64,000 nucleotides of DNA from an uncultured Holophaga sp. (GCA_963664825.1 OY761614.1:192001-256000), one strand, 5' to 3'. Positions 20,654-31,036 are shown, numbered from the stretch's first letter. Notes: a model not told the origin generated them from the sequence alone. Numbers and translations: made by a program.

Positions 20654-21301
20654 TCAGGCGTTCTTCATGACCGTGGAGCCCACGACCTTGGCGGCGTGAT
20701 CCAGGCGATCCACGGCGGCCTCCAGCGTATCGAGCAGTTCCTTCCACTTGATCACCTCGATGGCGTCCTTGATCTCCGTGAAGAGATCGGCCAGGGCCGA
20801 ATGGTAGACGGAATCGGCGCGGTTCTCGAGATCGTTGACGGCCCGGATATGCCGACGGATCTCTTCGGAATCCGACATGTCCCGGAGGGAATGGACCAAG
20901 TAGAGGAGCTCTTCGCAGCCCATCACATTGAGGGAGGCGATCTCCTTGAAGGCGGGCCGGATCTTCTTGACGGAATAGAGGATCAGGCGATCGGCAATGG
21001 CGTCCAGATCGTCCAGGACATCATCGAGGGCATGGGCCAAGTGGAGGATGTCCTCCCGCTCCAGAGGCGTCACGAAGGTCTTGTCCAGGCGCTCGATGAT
21101 CTCGTGGGTGAGCTCATCCCCCTTGTGTTCCAGGCCCTTCATCTTCCGCCGGAAGTCGCTCCACTCGCCGTTATGCTCTAGGCCCACCTCCCGATCGAAA
21201 TAGCAGGCGGCTTCCAGGACATTGGCCGCGGAGGCTTCCAGCAGATCGAAGAAGACCATTTCGCGGGGCTTGAGCCATCGGATGAGGGAATTCAAGGACA
21301 T
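20654..21301 (-). CDS. DUF47 (Pit accessory, PhoU-like) protein
   Basis: LEHKGD...TFVTPLEREDI..LA..LDDV.D; directly upstream of pit. Confidence 0.9.
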   Translation of the reverse strand: MSLNSLIRWLKPREMVFFDLLEASAANVLEAACYFDREVGLEHNGEWSDFRRKMKGLEHKGDELTHEIIERLDKTFVTPLEREDILHLAHALDDVLDDLDAIADRLILYSVKKIRPAFKEIASLNVMGCEELLYLVHSLRDMSDSEEIRRHIRAVNDLENRADSVYHSALADLFTEIKDAIEVIKWKELLDTLEAAVDRLDHAAKVVGSTVMKNA

Positions 21302-21328
21302 GCGGCCTCCAGGGAGTAGGGAATTGCT

Positions 21329-21368
21329 GTGTCAATTATGGGACAGGCCTGTGCCAATCCCGTGACGA
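21329..21368 (-). promoter_or_regulatory. Pho-box-like array, four units
   Basis: Minus strand TCGTCAC-ggga-TTGGCAC-aggc-CTGTCCC-ataa-TTGACAC with exact 11-bp spacing. Confidence 0.65.
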
Positions 21369-21396
21369 AGCTTCGAATCGTGGCCTTTATCACGGG

Positions 21397-22323
21397 TCAG
21401 CGCACCAATTCCGAGGCTTTCACGAAGCGGATCTGCCCCCGACTGCGAGGCACCAGCCGCTCCAGAGCCTCCACGGTCTCGGGGTAGATATGGCCGATGA
21501 TGAGCACCTGGCCTTCCTTCCGGGCCAAGGCGATGGCGCGTTCCCACTGCTTGGCCATTTCCTCGAAGGCCTTGTTGTCGTCGAGGAAGACCCTGCGCTG
21601 GATCGCGGGAACGTGCAGGGATTCGGCCACGTCATAGGCCACGGAATCCTTCTCCGTGCGGCTATCGACGAAAAAGCACCCGGCCTGTCGGATCTCCTGG
21701 AGCACCCAGGTCATGCGCTGCTTGTCGGGGGTGATGCGGCTCCCCATGTGGTTGTTCACGCCCTTCCGCCAGGGCACCGCAAAAAGGGCCTTCCTCACCC
21801 GAGCCCGGGTTTCCGGCTCAGAGAGTTCAGCCATCACGGCCCCAGGCCCCGGATCCTTGCCAGCCCCCGGGTAGCCCAGGGGCTCCATGGGCAGGTGCAG
21901 CATGACCTCCTTGCCGGCCTCATGGACGATGCGGGCGCTGGCCTGGGTGTATTCCTGATAGGGAAGCACTGCGGCGGAAAAGGCGATGGGCTGGGCGCAG
22001 AGGCGCCGCACCAGTTCGGGGGACGCATAGCCCAGATCATCGATGACGATGGCCATGCGGGGCAGCTCGACCTTGGCCTCGGCCTCAGCCTTCCGGGGCC
22101 CATCGGCCCCTTGCGCAGGCAGGGCGGGTTCCTGGGGATGGGGCCTCGTCTTTCGAGTCGGGGGCGCCTGTTCCTGCTGATCGATGGGCTTGGCCTTGCG
22201 CCTGCCGCAACCCTGGTTACTCAGGAAGAGCCCCAGCCCCAGGCCCACAAGCAGCATGGTCAGGCCCCAAAAGGCCAGCACTGGAGTCGAGGAGCGGCTC
22301 CCCTTGCGTTTGCGGGCGACCAT
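21397..22323 (-). CDS. divergent polysaccharide deacetylase (YibQ family)
   Basis: IVIDDLG, LHLPMEP, NNHMGS, FVDSRT and IGH motifs. Confidence 0.9.
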   Translation of the reverse strand: MVARKRKGSRSSTPVLAFWGLTMLLVGLGLGLFLSNQGCGRRKAKPIDQQEQAPPTRKTRPHPQEPALPAQGADGPRKAEAEAKVELPRMAIVIDDLGYASPELVRRLCAQPIAFSAAVLPYQEYTQASARIVHEAGKEVMLHLPMEPLGYPGAGKDPGPGAVMAELSEPETRARVRKALFAVPWRKGVNNHMGSRITPDKQRMTWVLQEIRQAGCFFVDSRTEKDSVAYDVAESLHVPAIQRRVFLDDNKAFEEMAKQWERAIALARKEGQVLIIGHIYPETVEALERLVPRSRGQIRFVKASELVR

Positions 22324-22326
22324 GGT

Positions 22327-23574
22327 TCAGGCGGCTTCCTGTCCTTGGGCTTGCAAGCCCCGCCCCAGGAAGATGGGCTTTGCCCGCCCCGCCTTGAGCA
22401 GGGCCTTGGATTCGGGCTTGGCTTCGAGTTTCTTGTCCAACTGCTCGAGAATCTTGGGCAGGGGATCCTCCTCGGGGGCGCCCCGGTCGAGCCGGAGGCT
22501 GCGTAGGAGGAATTCCGGCAGGAAGCCCTGGCGGTCCAGCTTCTCGCCGCCCGCGCCCAGCCAGCGTTTGTTGACGATCTCGACAGCGCCCCCCTGGCGA
22601 AGCAGGAAGCGGGTGCGCTCGGCGCCCATCCCGGAGGTGCGATCCCCGAAGCTGGGCAAGGACTGTTTCTTCAGGGCCGCAGCCAAAGCCTCGGCCGGGC
22701 CGACGGTGCCGAAACCCGTGAGCACGGCCACCTTCGCGAAGGCGGGCCCCTTCTCACCAGTGGATTCCATGGAACGATCGGCCTTGCCGGCCTCCTGAAG
22801 GGTGACGTAGGGCACCTTCCCCAGGAAGACGCCGGCCAGCTGGGCCGATTCACCCAGATCGCCCCCTGCGCAGCGGCGGAGATCCAGGATCAGCGGGAGT
22901 TTCCCGTCGAGAGATCCCAGGAGGGTCCGGAGTTCGGCGGCACGGCCCGCGCCCAGATCCGTCAGGGCCAGCACCGTGGCCCGGGCATCCTTCCGGACGG
23001 CGATGGCGGCCCGAACCTTATTTTTCTCCCGCTTGAGGGTGATCTGCTTGGCCGCACCCACGGAGCTGTCATACCAGAGGAGGCTCAGTTCGCTGCCCTC
23101 GGCTCCCCGGAGACGGCGCTCCAGGGCCCAGGCACTCAGGGTGCCGATGCTCTGGCCGTCCAACTTCCGGATGATGTCCCCCACCTGCACGCCGGCCTTC
23201 GCCGCCGGGCCATTGGAAGCCACAGAGATCACCTGGGCATAGATCTGGCTTTTCCGGAGGGTGAGGCCGGCATCGGCTTGTCCTGGATCCGGGAGTCGGA
23301 GTTCCTCCGGCGTGATGTAGGCATTGAGGGGATGAGCCCGTTCCAGGGTGCCCTGGATGCCCCCGGAGATGACCTTCTCCAGATCCGGGGCATCCACATA
23401 GTTGTCCCGCACCAGGGCCAACACATCCTGGATATCGGAAAGACCGGCCAGGGGGTCGGTGATCGCGGCCTTGGCCTCGACTCTCGGGGGATCGGTGGGA
23501 TGCACCAGCACCGGGTAGGTGAAGGTGGCGACCAGGGGAAGGGTGAGGAGGGAGAGCCAGGTGCGCTGGTGCAT
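22327..23574 (-). CDS. S41/CtpA-like protein with PDZ domain, catalytic residues apparently lost
   Basis: DNYVD, PDZ (GPAAKAGVQVGDII), LILDLRRCAGG; active-site motifs read TVGPAE and DRTSGMG. Confidence 0.8.
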   Translation of the reverse strand: MHQRTWLSLLTLPLVATFTYPVLVHPTDPPRVEAKAAITDPLAGLSDIQDVLALVRDNYVDAPDLEKVISGGIQGTLERAHPLNAYITPEELRLPDPGQADAGLTLRKSQIYAQVISVASNGPAAKAGVQVGDIIRKLDGQSIGTLSAWALERRLRGAEGSELSLLWYDSSVGAAKQITLKREKNKVRAAIAVRKDARATVLALTDLGAGRAAELRTLLGSLDGKLPLILDLRRCAGGDLGESAQLAGVFLGKVPYVTLQEAGKADRSMESTGEKGPAFAKVAVLTGFGTVGPAEALAAALKKQSLPSFGDRTSGMGAERTRFLLRQGGAVEIVNKRWLGAGGEKLDRQGFLPEFLLRSLRLDRGAPEEDPLPKILEQLDKKLEAKPESKALLKAGRAKPIFLGRGLQAQGQEAA

Positions 23575-23649
23575 GGGCCCAGTGTACGCCAAGGTGCCAT
23601 CCAGGAATAACCCGGGCTTTTCGGGCTGGCCTTCAGGACGGCCAATCTT

Positions 23650-24735
23650 CTAGTGGATCCTGCGGGAGAGATCCCTCAGGCAGAGTTCCACCGTCCGGTT
23701 GGGTTCGGCCCTGGAGATGGTTTGGCGCGGGATGGGGCTGCCCATCAGGCGGGCCACCTCGCTCTCCAAGCGCTCAGAGAAGGCCCTCCCCTGCTCCACC
23801 ACCACGGCCTGGCCATCGGCCTCCATGGCCCGAGCGTTCAGCTTCTGATGATCGCCCGCGCTCTCCGGGAGGGGCACCAGGATGGCGGGACGGCCGCAGG
23901 TCTTGAGTTCGGCGCAGGTGCTGGCACCAGCCCGGGAGATGACTAGGCTGGCCCCTTCCAGGGCCTCGTCCATCGCCTCAATGAAGGGGACCATCCGGTG
24001 GCGGGGATGAGTCTGGGTGGCACCCAGCGCCTCGAAGTCCCGGGCCCCCACCTGATGCAGAATCTCCCAATCCGGAAAGAGTTCCAGAAGGCCGGGAGCC
24101 ATCGATAGGATCCCCTCGTTGAGGGCCCTGGCCCCGCCGCTGCCCCCCAGCACCAGGAGCCGATGGGGGGACCTCAGGGCTTCCGGCGCCTCAAAATTCC
24201 GCAGGAAGGCTTCCCGCACCGGCGTACCCACCACCGCGCAGAGGGCGTTGGGAAGGCGGGCCTCCACGGCTCGCATGCCGCACCACACCCGGTCGGCCCC
24301 CAGGGCCAGCAGGCGGATGAGCCTCCCGGGCTCGGCGTTGGATTCATGCAGGAAGTAAGGAATGTGCAGGGACCGGGCCGCGAAGAGGGCCGGAGCCGCA
24401 GCATAGCCACCAGTTGCGACGACCGCCCGGGGCCTGTGCGCCTTCCAGCGGGCCTTCAGGCTCCTCCAGGCCCGCCATAGTTTCCACAAGCTCAGGAGCA
24501 CCCTCCAGGGGGATCTCCCCACGAAGCCCTCCACATCCAGCAGGAGATGGGGCCACCCACTGCCCGGCAGCTTCCGGGCCTCGATGCCCCTCTGGGCCCC
24601 CACGAAGGCGATGGGCACCTGGGGCCACCGGGCCCGGGCCCCCTCGGCCAGGGCCACCGCCGGGAAGAAGTGGCCGCCTGTGCCTCCCCCTGTGAAAACG
24701 AGGGCGTTCGAGAATTCAGGATCGCTAGAAACCAT
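23650..24735 (-). CDS. murG: lipid II GlcNAc transferase
   Basis: GGGTGGHFFP, HESN, GGSGGA, RAGAST and HQKLNA motifs. Confidence 0.92.
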   Translation of the reverse strand: MVSSDPEFSNALVFTGGGTGGHFFPAVALAEGARARWPQVPIAFVGAQRGIEARKLPGSGWPHLLLDVEGFVGRSPWRVLLSLWKLWRAWRSLKARWKAHRPRAVVATGGYAAAPALFAARSLHIPYFLHESNAEPGRLIRLLALGADRVWCGMRAVEARLPNALCAVVGTPVREAFLRNFEAPEALRSPHRLLVLGGSGGARALNEGILSMAPGLLELFPDWEILHQVGARDFEALGATQTHPRHRMVPFIEAMDEALEGASLVISRAGASTCAELKTCGRPAILVPLPESAGDHQKLNARAMEADGQAVVVEQGRAFSERLESEVARLMGSPIPRQTISRAEPNRTVELCLRDLSRRIH

Positions 24736-24849
24736 GTCTCCAGGCTACCCCTGGACCCCCCCCGGGGGAATCCAGGCTTCGAGTGTGCCAATCCCTGCGA
24801 TAGAATTGAGGGCTATGCCGTCACCGGGACGGCCCTGAATGGAGTGATC

Positions 24850-25599
24850 ATGAAGATTCTCGTCGCCCTCAAGCAGGTGCCTGACACCGAAACCAAGATC
24901 AAGGTGGGCGCCGATGGCCGCAGCCTGGACCCCGCGGATGTGAAGTGGATCACCAGCCCCTATGATGAATACGCCCTGGAAGAGGGCCTTCGCCTGAAGG
25001 AATCCAAGGGCGCCGAGATCACGGCGGTCTCCGTGGGCCCCGAGAAGGCCAAGGACATGCTGCGCAACGCCCTGGCCCTTGGGGCCGATGCGGCGGTACT
25101 GATCAAGTCCACGGAGACCGGCGATCCGCTGGCCATCGCCCAGCTCCTGGCGGCCTACGCGGAGGGCAAGGGCTTCGATCTGCTCCTCTTCGGCAACAAG
25201 GGCTTCGGCGCCGATAACGGGGCCGTGGGCGCCATGGTCGCCGAGCTGCTGGGCCTCTCCCAGGCCTACCTGGTCACCAAGCTCGAGCTGAGCGAGGCCA
25301 CCTTCCGCGCCGAGCGCGAGGGCGATGGCGGCACGGAGGTGATCGAGGGCAGCCTGCCGGCCGTCATCACCGCCCAGCGCGGCCTCAACGAGCCCCGCTA
25401 CGCCAGCCTCAAGGGCATCATGGCCGCCAAGAAGAAGACCATCGAGGAAGTGGAGGGCGCTCCCGTCCAGGCCACCCTCACCGTCAGCGCCCTGGCCCTG
25501 CCGCCCACCCGTCCCGAGGGCCGGAAGCTGGAGGGCGATGCCGCGGCCCAGGCCTCGGCTCTGCTGGGGCTCCTGCGGGACGAAGCGAAGATCCTGTAG
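24850..25599 (+). CDS. etfB: electron transfer flavoprotein beta subunit
   Basis: KQVPDT and NEPRYASLKGIMAAKKK motifs. Confidence 0.93.
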   Translation: MKILVALKQVPDTETKIKVGADGRSLDPADVKWITSPYDEYALEEGLRLKESKGAEITAVSVGPEKAKDMLRNALALGADAAVLIKSTETGDPLAIAQLLAAYAEGKGFDLLLFGNKGFGADNGAVGAMVAELLGLSQAYLVTKLELSEATFRAEREGDGGTEVIEGSLPAVITAQRGLNEPRYASLKGIMAAKKKTIEEVEGAPVQATLTVSALALPPTRPEGRKLEGDAAAQASALLGLLRDEAKIL

Positions 25600-25648
25600 G
25601 CTCCGAGACACACCTAAACGACGTTGACATTCCATCGAGGGGAAAAAG

Positions 25649-26605
25649 ATGATTCTGGTTTTCTGTGAATTGAAGGACGGCAAGATCCGCAAGGCCAGCC
25701 TGGAGGCCCTCTCCGAGGCGCGGCGGCTGGCCGGAGCAGCCCAGGTGGGCGCCATCTTCGCGGGCGTTGCCTGCCAGGGCGCCGAGGATGCGGCCAAGTA
25801 TGGCGCCGACGTGATTCTCAAGGCCGAGGCCCCTGCCCTGGGCGCCTACTCCAGCGATCTCTTCGCCACGGTCGTGGCCGAAGCCGTGAAGGCCAAGGGC
25901 GCCCGCGTCCTGCTGGGCGCCGCCACCCCCATGGGCAAGGACATGCTGCCCCGGGTCGCCGCCAAGCTCGGCGCGGGCTACGCCGCCGAAGTGACGGGCC
26001 TCTCCATGAAGGGCGATAAGCTCCAGGCCCTGCGCCCGGTCTATGCCGCCAAGGCCTTCGCCACCGTGGATTTCCAGAGCGCCATCCAGGTGGCCAGCAC
26101 CCGCCCCAATGTCTTCACCGCTGCGGAGTGCCCCAAGGCCGGCAACCTGGAAGCCCTGCCCGCCCCCGCCGCGGACTTCAAGGCCGTCGTCAAAGAGATC
26201 CTGGCCAAGGGCGGCGGCAAGCTGGACCTGACAGAAGCCGATATCATCGTCTCCGGCGGCCGGGGCATGAAGGAGGGCGCCAACTTCAAGCTGCTGGAAG
26301 AGCTGGCCGACGCCCTCGGCGGCGTGGTGGGCGCCAGCCGTGCCGCCGTGGACGCGGGCTGGGATATCCCCCACAGCATGCAGGTGGGCCAGACCGGCAA
26401 GGTGGTCAGCCCCACCCTCTACATCGCCTGCGGCATCAGCGGCGCCATCCAGCACCTGGCCGGCATGAGCGGATCCAAGTTCATCGTGGCCATCAACAAG
26501 GATCCCGAGGCCCCCATCTTCAAGCTGGCGAGCTACGGGATCGTGGGCGATCTCTTCGAGGTCGTGCCCGAATTGACGAAGGCCACCAAGGCGATGAAGG
26601 GATAG
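25649..26605 (+). CDS. etfA: electron transfer flavoprotein alpha subunit
   Basis: SGGRG, QVGQTGK and [12 protein letters not shown] motifs. Confidence 0.95.
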   Translation: MILVFCELKDGKIRKASLEALSEARRLAGAAQVGAIFAGVACQGAEDAAKYGADVILKAEAPALGAYSSDLFATVVAEAVKAKGARVLLGAATPMGKDMLPRVAAKLGAGYAAEVTGLSMKGDKLQALRPVYAAKAFATVDFQSAIQVASTRPNVFTAAECPKAGNLEALPAPAADFKAVVKEILAKGGGKLDLTEADIIVSGGRGMKEGANFKLLEELADALGGVVGASRAAVDAGWDIPHSMQVGQTGKVVSPTLYIACGISGAIQHLAGMSGSKFIVAINKDPEAPIFKLASYGIVGDLFEVVPELTKATKAMKG

Positions 26606-26730
26606 CCAAACCGCCTCGCGGGGACTCGGCCCCAGCTGGGTCCGATCCCCTCAAGGTGAAGTCTCGCGTACCCCGAAGGGATACCGAGAAGGCCCTCAAG
26701 GCCCAGTCACAACTCACGATCCCTTGTCCC

Positions 26731-26756
26731 GAACGCCCGGCATCCGCCGGGCGTTC
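26731..26756. terminator. hairpin/terminator between convergent genes
   Basis: GAACGCCCGG...CCGGGCGTTC. Confidence 0.6.
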
Positions 26757-26813
26757 TCGTTCAGGCTGCGCCTTCAGAATTGGCACACCCGAGCCCTGGC
26801 CTCGAGAGGCGTG

Positions 26814-28163
26814 CTACTTCACGGCGTCCTTATACGTCTTGAGCTCCGCGTCGAACTGGGCGAGGGATTCCGGGGGGGTACCGGCCTTCTTCAGGACCGC
26901 GATAAAGGTCTCCATGGAGGCGAGGGCCTTGGCGGGCTGGCCCAGCTTGAACCATCCGGAAGCCAAGGCCTTATGCAGAAGTGGAGAAGCCTGGGGGGAC
27001 TTGGCCTTCTCCTCCGCCAGGGCCATGGCCGATTCCAGCGGGGCCTTCTCAACACCATCTTCCTGCAGGAGGACCTGGGCCAAGCGCACCCCACCGACCT
27101 TGCCCTTCTCGGACTCAAAGAGCGCGTAGGCCTTGGGCGCCTCCGTGCGCAGGAGGGCCTTGAAGCGGTAGGGCGCCACCTGGGGCCCCAGGCGGGGTTC
27201 CAGGGCCACGGCCTTATCGATGAGGACCAGGGCCTGCTCGTACCAGCGCTTGGCCAACCCCTTCTCGCCCAGGATCAGCATGGCGGCATCCATGGAGGCA
27301 TCGGCACTGGGTTTGACGAGATCGGCGTCCAGCAGGGCCTGGGCCTTGGCCCCGTCCGTGGCCACCAGGGCCTGGAAGCGCGGGCGCTTGAGCTCGGATT
27401 TGAGATCGGGGTATTTGGCCTCGGCCGCATGGGCCAGGCCCAGCACCTTGGTCCAATCCTTGACCTTCACGGCCTCCTGGATGGCCGGGGCCACTTCCTT
27501 CCAGGCGGCTCGGCCGGCCGCTTCCTTGGCTTCCTCGGCCTTCGCCTCCGCGGCGGCCTTTTCCGAGGCGGCACGCGCGGCCTTCAGATCCCAGGTACCG
27601 GCGATGACCCCGTCCAGGGCCGTCTGGAACGCCTCCTCCATGGGGTGGCCGATGTAGGCGATGCGCCCCTGCTTATCGATGATGAAGGCGGCGGGAATGC
27701 CATTCTGGCCCGCGGCCTGCATCCAGGCCTTGGCCATGTGCGCGTCCTGGCCGTCCCGGCAGACGGCGTAGGCCATTTTGTCGCCCATCTCCTTGACGAA
27801 GGCGTCCACCTTGGCGTCCAGGGCTGCGGCGTCGGAACCCCGCTCCCACACGTCCACGCCGATGAAGGTGGCCTTGCCGGCCCGGGCCTTGGCCAGCTCC
27901 GTGAGATGGGGGATGGTCTCCCGGCAGGGACCGCACCAGGTGGCCCAGAATTCCACCACATAGGCCTGGCCCTTCTCCAGGGAAGCCACCGGGCCTCCCT
28001 TGACCCAGCGGGCGACCTTGAAGAGCGGCGCGGCGTCCCCCACGGCGAGCCGAGTCGCAGGCTGGACCGCCGCGGGCTTGGCCTTGGGGGCGACAGGCTT
28101 GGCCTGGGCCACGAGGCTCAGGGTGAGGAAGGAAAGGGCCAGGGACCCGAACATGCGATTCAT
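26814..28163 (-). CDS. exported TlpA-like redoxin with helical/TPR-like C-terminus
   Basis: Signal peptide, [18 protein letters not shown], then Ala-rich helical repeats. Confidence 0.85.
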   Translation of the reverse strand: MNRMFGSLALSFLTLSLVAQAKPVAPKAKPAAVQPATRLAVGDAAPLFKVARWVKGGPVASLEKGQAYVVEFWATWCGPCRETIPHLTELAKARAGKATFIGVDVWERGSDAAALDAKVDAFVKEMGDKMAYAVCRDGQDAHMAKAWMQAAGQNGIPAAFIIDKQGRIAYIGHPMEEAFQTALDGVIAGTWDLKAARAASEKAAAEAKAEEAKEAAGRAAWKEVAPAIQEAVKVKDWTKVLGLAHAAEAKYPDLKSELKRPRFQALVATDGAKAQALLDADLVKPSADASMDAAMLILGEKGLAKRWYEQALVLIDKAVALEPRLGPQVAPYRFKALLRTEAPKAYALFESEKGKVGGVRLAQVLLQEDGVEKAPLESAMALAEEKAKSPQASPLLHKALASGWFKLGQPAKALASMETFIAVLKKAGTPPESLAQFDAELKTYKDAVK

Positions 28164-28236
28164 GGGATGCCTCGTGGTGAGAAGCATCCATCATGCCGCC
28201 TTTATCGGAAATGCAAAGGCCCCTTTCGAGCCAGCC

Positions 28237-29010
28237 TCAGTTTTTCCCCTCCTGGGGCGCGCCGATGCGATCGAGCATCTTCAGAAATTCCATGGGCAGG
28301 GGGAAGACGATGGTGCTGTTCTTCTCGGTGGCGATCTCGGAGAGGGTCTGGAGGTAGCGCATCTGGATAGTCACGGGGTTCTGGCTGATCTTGTTGGCGG
28401 CCTCCAGCAGCTGCTGACTGGCCAGGAGCTCGCCCTCGGCGGCGATGATCTTGGCGCGCTTCTCGCGCTCGGCCTCGGCCTGCTTGCCCATGGCCCGCTG
28501 GATCTGCTCGGGCAGGTCCACGCTCTTGAGTTCGACGGCGGTGACTTCCACGCCCCAGGGCTCCGTAGCCGAATCGATGATGGCGCGCAGGCGCTGGCTC
28601 AGCTTCTCCCGGTCCGCCAGCAGCTCATCCAGGCTCACCTCGCCCAGGATCGAACGCAGGGTGGTCTGGGCGATCTGGCTGGTGGCGTAGTAGTAGTTCT
28701 CCACACCGATGATGGCCTGCTTCACATCCAGGACGCGGAAGTAGACGACGGCGGAGACCTTCAGGCTCACGTTATCGCGGGTGATGACATCCTGGCTGGG
28801 CACGTCCAGCACCACCGTGCGCAGGCTCACGACGACGCCCCGATCGATGGGTTTGAAGATAAAGATGAGGCCGGGGCCCTTGGCATGGGGCAGCACCTTG
28901 CCCAGGCGGAAGATCACGGCCCTTTCGTATTCGTTGACGATCTTGAGGCAGCTGATCAGCCAGATGAAGACGACGAAGGCGATGACGCCTGCGGGAAGGA
29001 AGGGTTCCAT
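28237..29010 (-). CDS. slipin/stomatin (SPFH) protein
   Basis: [20 protein letters not shown] and [10 protein letters not shown] motifs. Confidence 0.92.
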   Translation of the reverse strand: MEPFLPAGVIAFVVFIWLISCLKIVNEYERAVIFRLGKVLPHAKGPGLIFIFKPIDRGVVVSLRTVVLDVPSQDVITRDNVSLKVSAVVYFRVLDVKQAIIGVENYYYATSQIAQTTLRSILGEVSLDELLADREKLSQRLRAIIDSATEPWGVEVTAVELKSVDLPEQIQRAMGKQAEAEREKRAKIIAAEGELLASQQLLEAANKISQNPVTIQMRYLQTLSEIATEKNSTIVFPLPMEFLKMLDRIGAPQEGKN

Positions 29011-29036
29011 GGCGGACTCCGGGTGTGGGGGACACC

Positions 29037-29660
29037 CTATCTTCGCACGAAAGGATTACCTTGGGCTTCTTCGCAGATGCTCGTCATGGGCCCGTGGCCA
29101 GGCAGGACCCGGGTGGCGTCGTCCAGGGTGTAGAGGCGCTCCCGGATGCTGGTCTCCAACTGTTCGAAGCTGCCCCCGAAGAGATCCGTGCGGCCCACAC
29201 CCCCCTGGAAGAGGGTGTCCCCGGAGAGCAGGAAGGCCCCCTTGGCCCAGCTGCCCAGGAAGCTGCATCCGCCCGGGGAATGGCCGGGTGTGTGGAGCAC
29301 CTTCAGGCCGTGATGGATATCGCCATCGGCCAGGGGCTGCATGGAAGGTATCGCCACCGGTTTCATGCCGAACATGCCGGTCTGCATGGGAAGGCTCTCA
29401 ATGAGGAACATGTCGGCCGGATGCAGATAGGCCGGGCATTGCCAGAGATCCTGCAACTCCCGGGTGGCGCCCACATGATCGAAATGGGCGTGGGTGTGCA
29501 GAAGGGCCTCCACCTTGAAGCCGAGATCCTCCACCCGTCGGCGGATGGTGTCGGCCTGGTCCCCGGGATCCACCACCACGCCCGTGCCCGCTTCCGGGTC
29601 CCACACCAGCACGCAATTGCAGGAGAGGGGGCCCACGGCAAAGGTCTCGAAATTCAGCAT
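29037..29660 (-). CDS. MBL-fold metallo-hydrolase (glyoxalase II-like)
   Basis: [20 protein letters not shown] and PGHG motifs. Confidence 0.9.
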   Translation of the reverse strand: MLNFETFAVGPLSCNCVLVWDPEAGTGVVVDPGDQADTIRRRVEDLGFKVEALLHTHAHFDHVGATRELQDLWQCPAYLHPADMFLIESLPMQTGMFGMKPVAIPSMQPLADGDIHHGLKVLHTPGHSPGGCSFLGSWAKGAFLLSGDTLFQGGVGRTDLFGGSFEQLETSIRERLYTLDDATRVLPGHGPMTSICEEAQGNPFVRR

Positions 29661-29671
29661 GGCCACCTCCT

Positions 29672-30832
29672 TTAGAGGCTCTTGAGGGCTATCAGTTCCT
29701 GGGGGTTCAGATAGCGCCATTCGCCGGGCTTCAAGTAGGGATCGTCCAGGGGCCCGAACTGGACGCGGCGCAGCTTGTGGACGGGGTGTCCCACGGCGGC
29801 AAACATCTTGCGGATCTGCTGGTTCTTGCCCTCGACCAGGGTGATCTTGAACCAGGGGTTGTTGTCCTGCTTATCGAAGAGCTCGATGCCGCAGGGCTTG
29901 AGACGACGTCCATCCAGGCGGAAGCCTTCCCGCATCTCGTCTAATGTTTCCGGCCGGGGCACGCGATGGATCTTCACCAGGTAGACCTTGGGAATATGGT
30001 TTTCAGGGTTCGCCAGGTGCTGGGCCATTTCGCCATCATTGGTCATCAGCAGCAGGCCTTCGGAATTGAAATCGAGGCGGCCCACGGGATAGACCCGAGC
30101 CTCCACGCCCGAGAGCAGGGCCATGATGGTGGGGCGCCCCTGGTCATCCTTGACGGTGGTCACGTAGCCCTTGGGCTTGTTGATCAGGATGTAGACGGGG
30201 GCTTCCCGCTGGATGGGCTGGAGATTGAGGGTGATCGAATCCCGGCGGGGGTCGGCCTTGGCGCCGAGTTCGGTGATGGTGACGCCATTGACCTGCACCT
30301 TCCCCTCGAGAATCAATTCCTCGCAGGACCGGCGACTCGCCACGCCCGCATGGGCGAGGATCTTCTGGAGGCGCTCCAGACCCGGAGCCGAGGGGAGCGC
30401 CCTGGGCGTCACCGCACTGCGCGCGGCGCCCTCGGGGCGGGGAGGCCGCACACTTAAGGGCCTGCCTGCGGGACGGGAGGGACGGTCTGGCCTGGCCTCG
30501 GGATTCGTGGAGCGGACTTCCGCCCGATCGGGACGATTCGCGGAACGCAGCGGCCTGGATTCCGTGCGGGCAGTGCGACTCTCGGATCGAGGCGCCCGGG
30601 ACTCGGCACGGGCGGACCTGCCTTCGGACCGTCGGGATTCGGTGCGGGCGGGTCGATCTTCGGACCTGGGACCTCGGGACTCGGCACGAACGGGCCTGCC
30701 TTCGGAACGGGGACCTCGGGATTCGGTGCGAGCATTCGGGGCCTTCGTCTCGCGTTTCGCCCCCGGAGTCCCCTTCCCTGAGGAGCGTTCCCCGTCGGTG
30801 CGTTTCGGCATCGCTTTTACGAATCTGGCCAT
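29672..30832 (-). CDS. rluB: RsuA/RluB-family pseudouridine synthase with repetitive N-terminal tail
   Basis: S4 domain ERLQKILA..GVASRR, VGRLD catalytic motif, EGKNQQIR. Confidence 0.85.
   Translation of the reverse strand: MARFVKAMPKRTDGERSSGKGTPGAKRETKAPNARTESRGPRSEGRPVRAESRGPRSEDRPARTESRRSEGRSARAESRAPRSESRTARTESRPLRSANRPDRAEVRSTNPEARPDRPSRPAGRPLSVRPPRPEGAARSAVTPRALPSAPGLERLQKILAHAGVASRRSCEELILEGKVQVNGVTITELGAKADPRRDSITLNLQPIQREAPVYILINKPKGYVTTVKDDQGRPTIMALLSGVEARVYPVGRLDFNSEGLLLMTNDGEMAQHLANPENHIPKVYLVKIHRVPRPETLDEMREGFRLDGRRLKPCGIELFDKQDNNPWFKITLVEGKNQQIRKMFAAVGHPVHKLRRVQFGPLDDPYLKPGEWRYLNPQELIALKSL
30520..30735 (-). repeat. degenerate ~42-bp (14-aa) tandem repeat in the rluB 5' region
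   Basis: ARTESRGPRSEGRP/VRAESRGPRSEDRP/ARTESRRSEGRS/ARAESRAPRSESRT/ARTESRPLRSANRP. Confidence 0.8.
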
Positions 30833-31036
30833 GAATACTCCCTCGGCGTCTCACGACGCGAATCGAAGATTGTCTCATGGTTGCCCCCCTTTGGGGAGAG
30901 ATATCGCCCCCCCTGCGCCCCCTCGGCCCAGAATGGTCCGGTAGAGGAAAAATCCGCGCTGCTAGAGGCTATTGGGACTCCGAAACAGACCCCGTTCGCG
31001 GTACACTCAGGGGTTTTCTTTCTTTGAGGAGTCCCT

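Noticed and set aside
30520..30735. Repeats as a possible CRISPR array
   Set aside because: Degenerate, in-frame coding repeats without unique spacers; no cas genes
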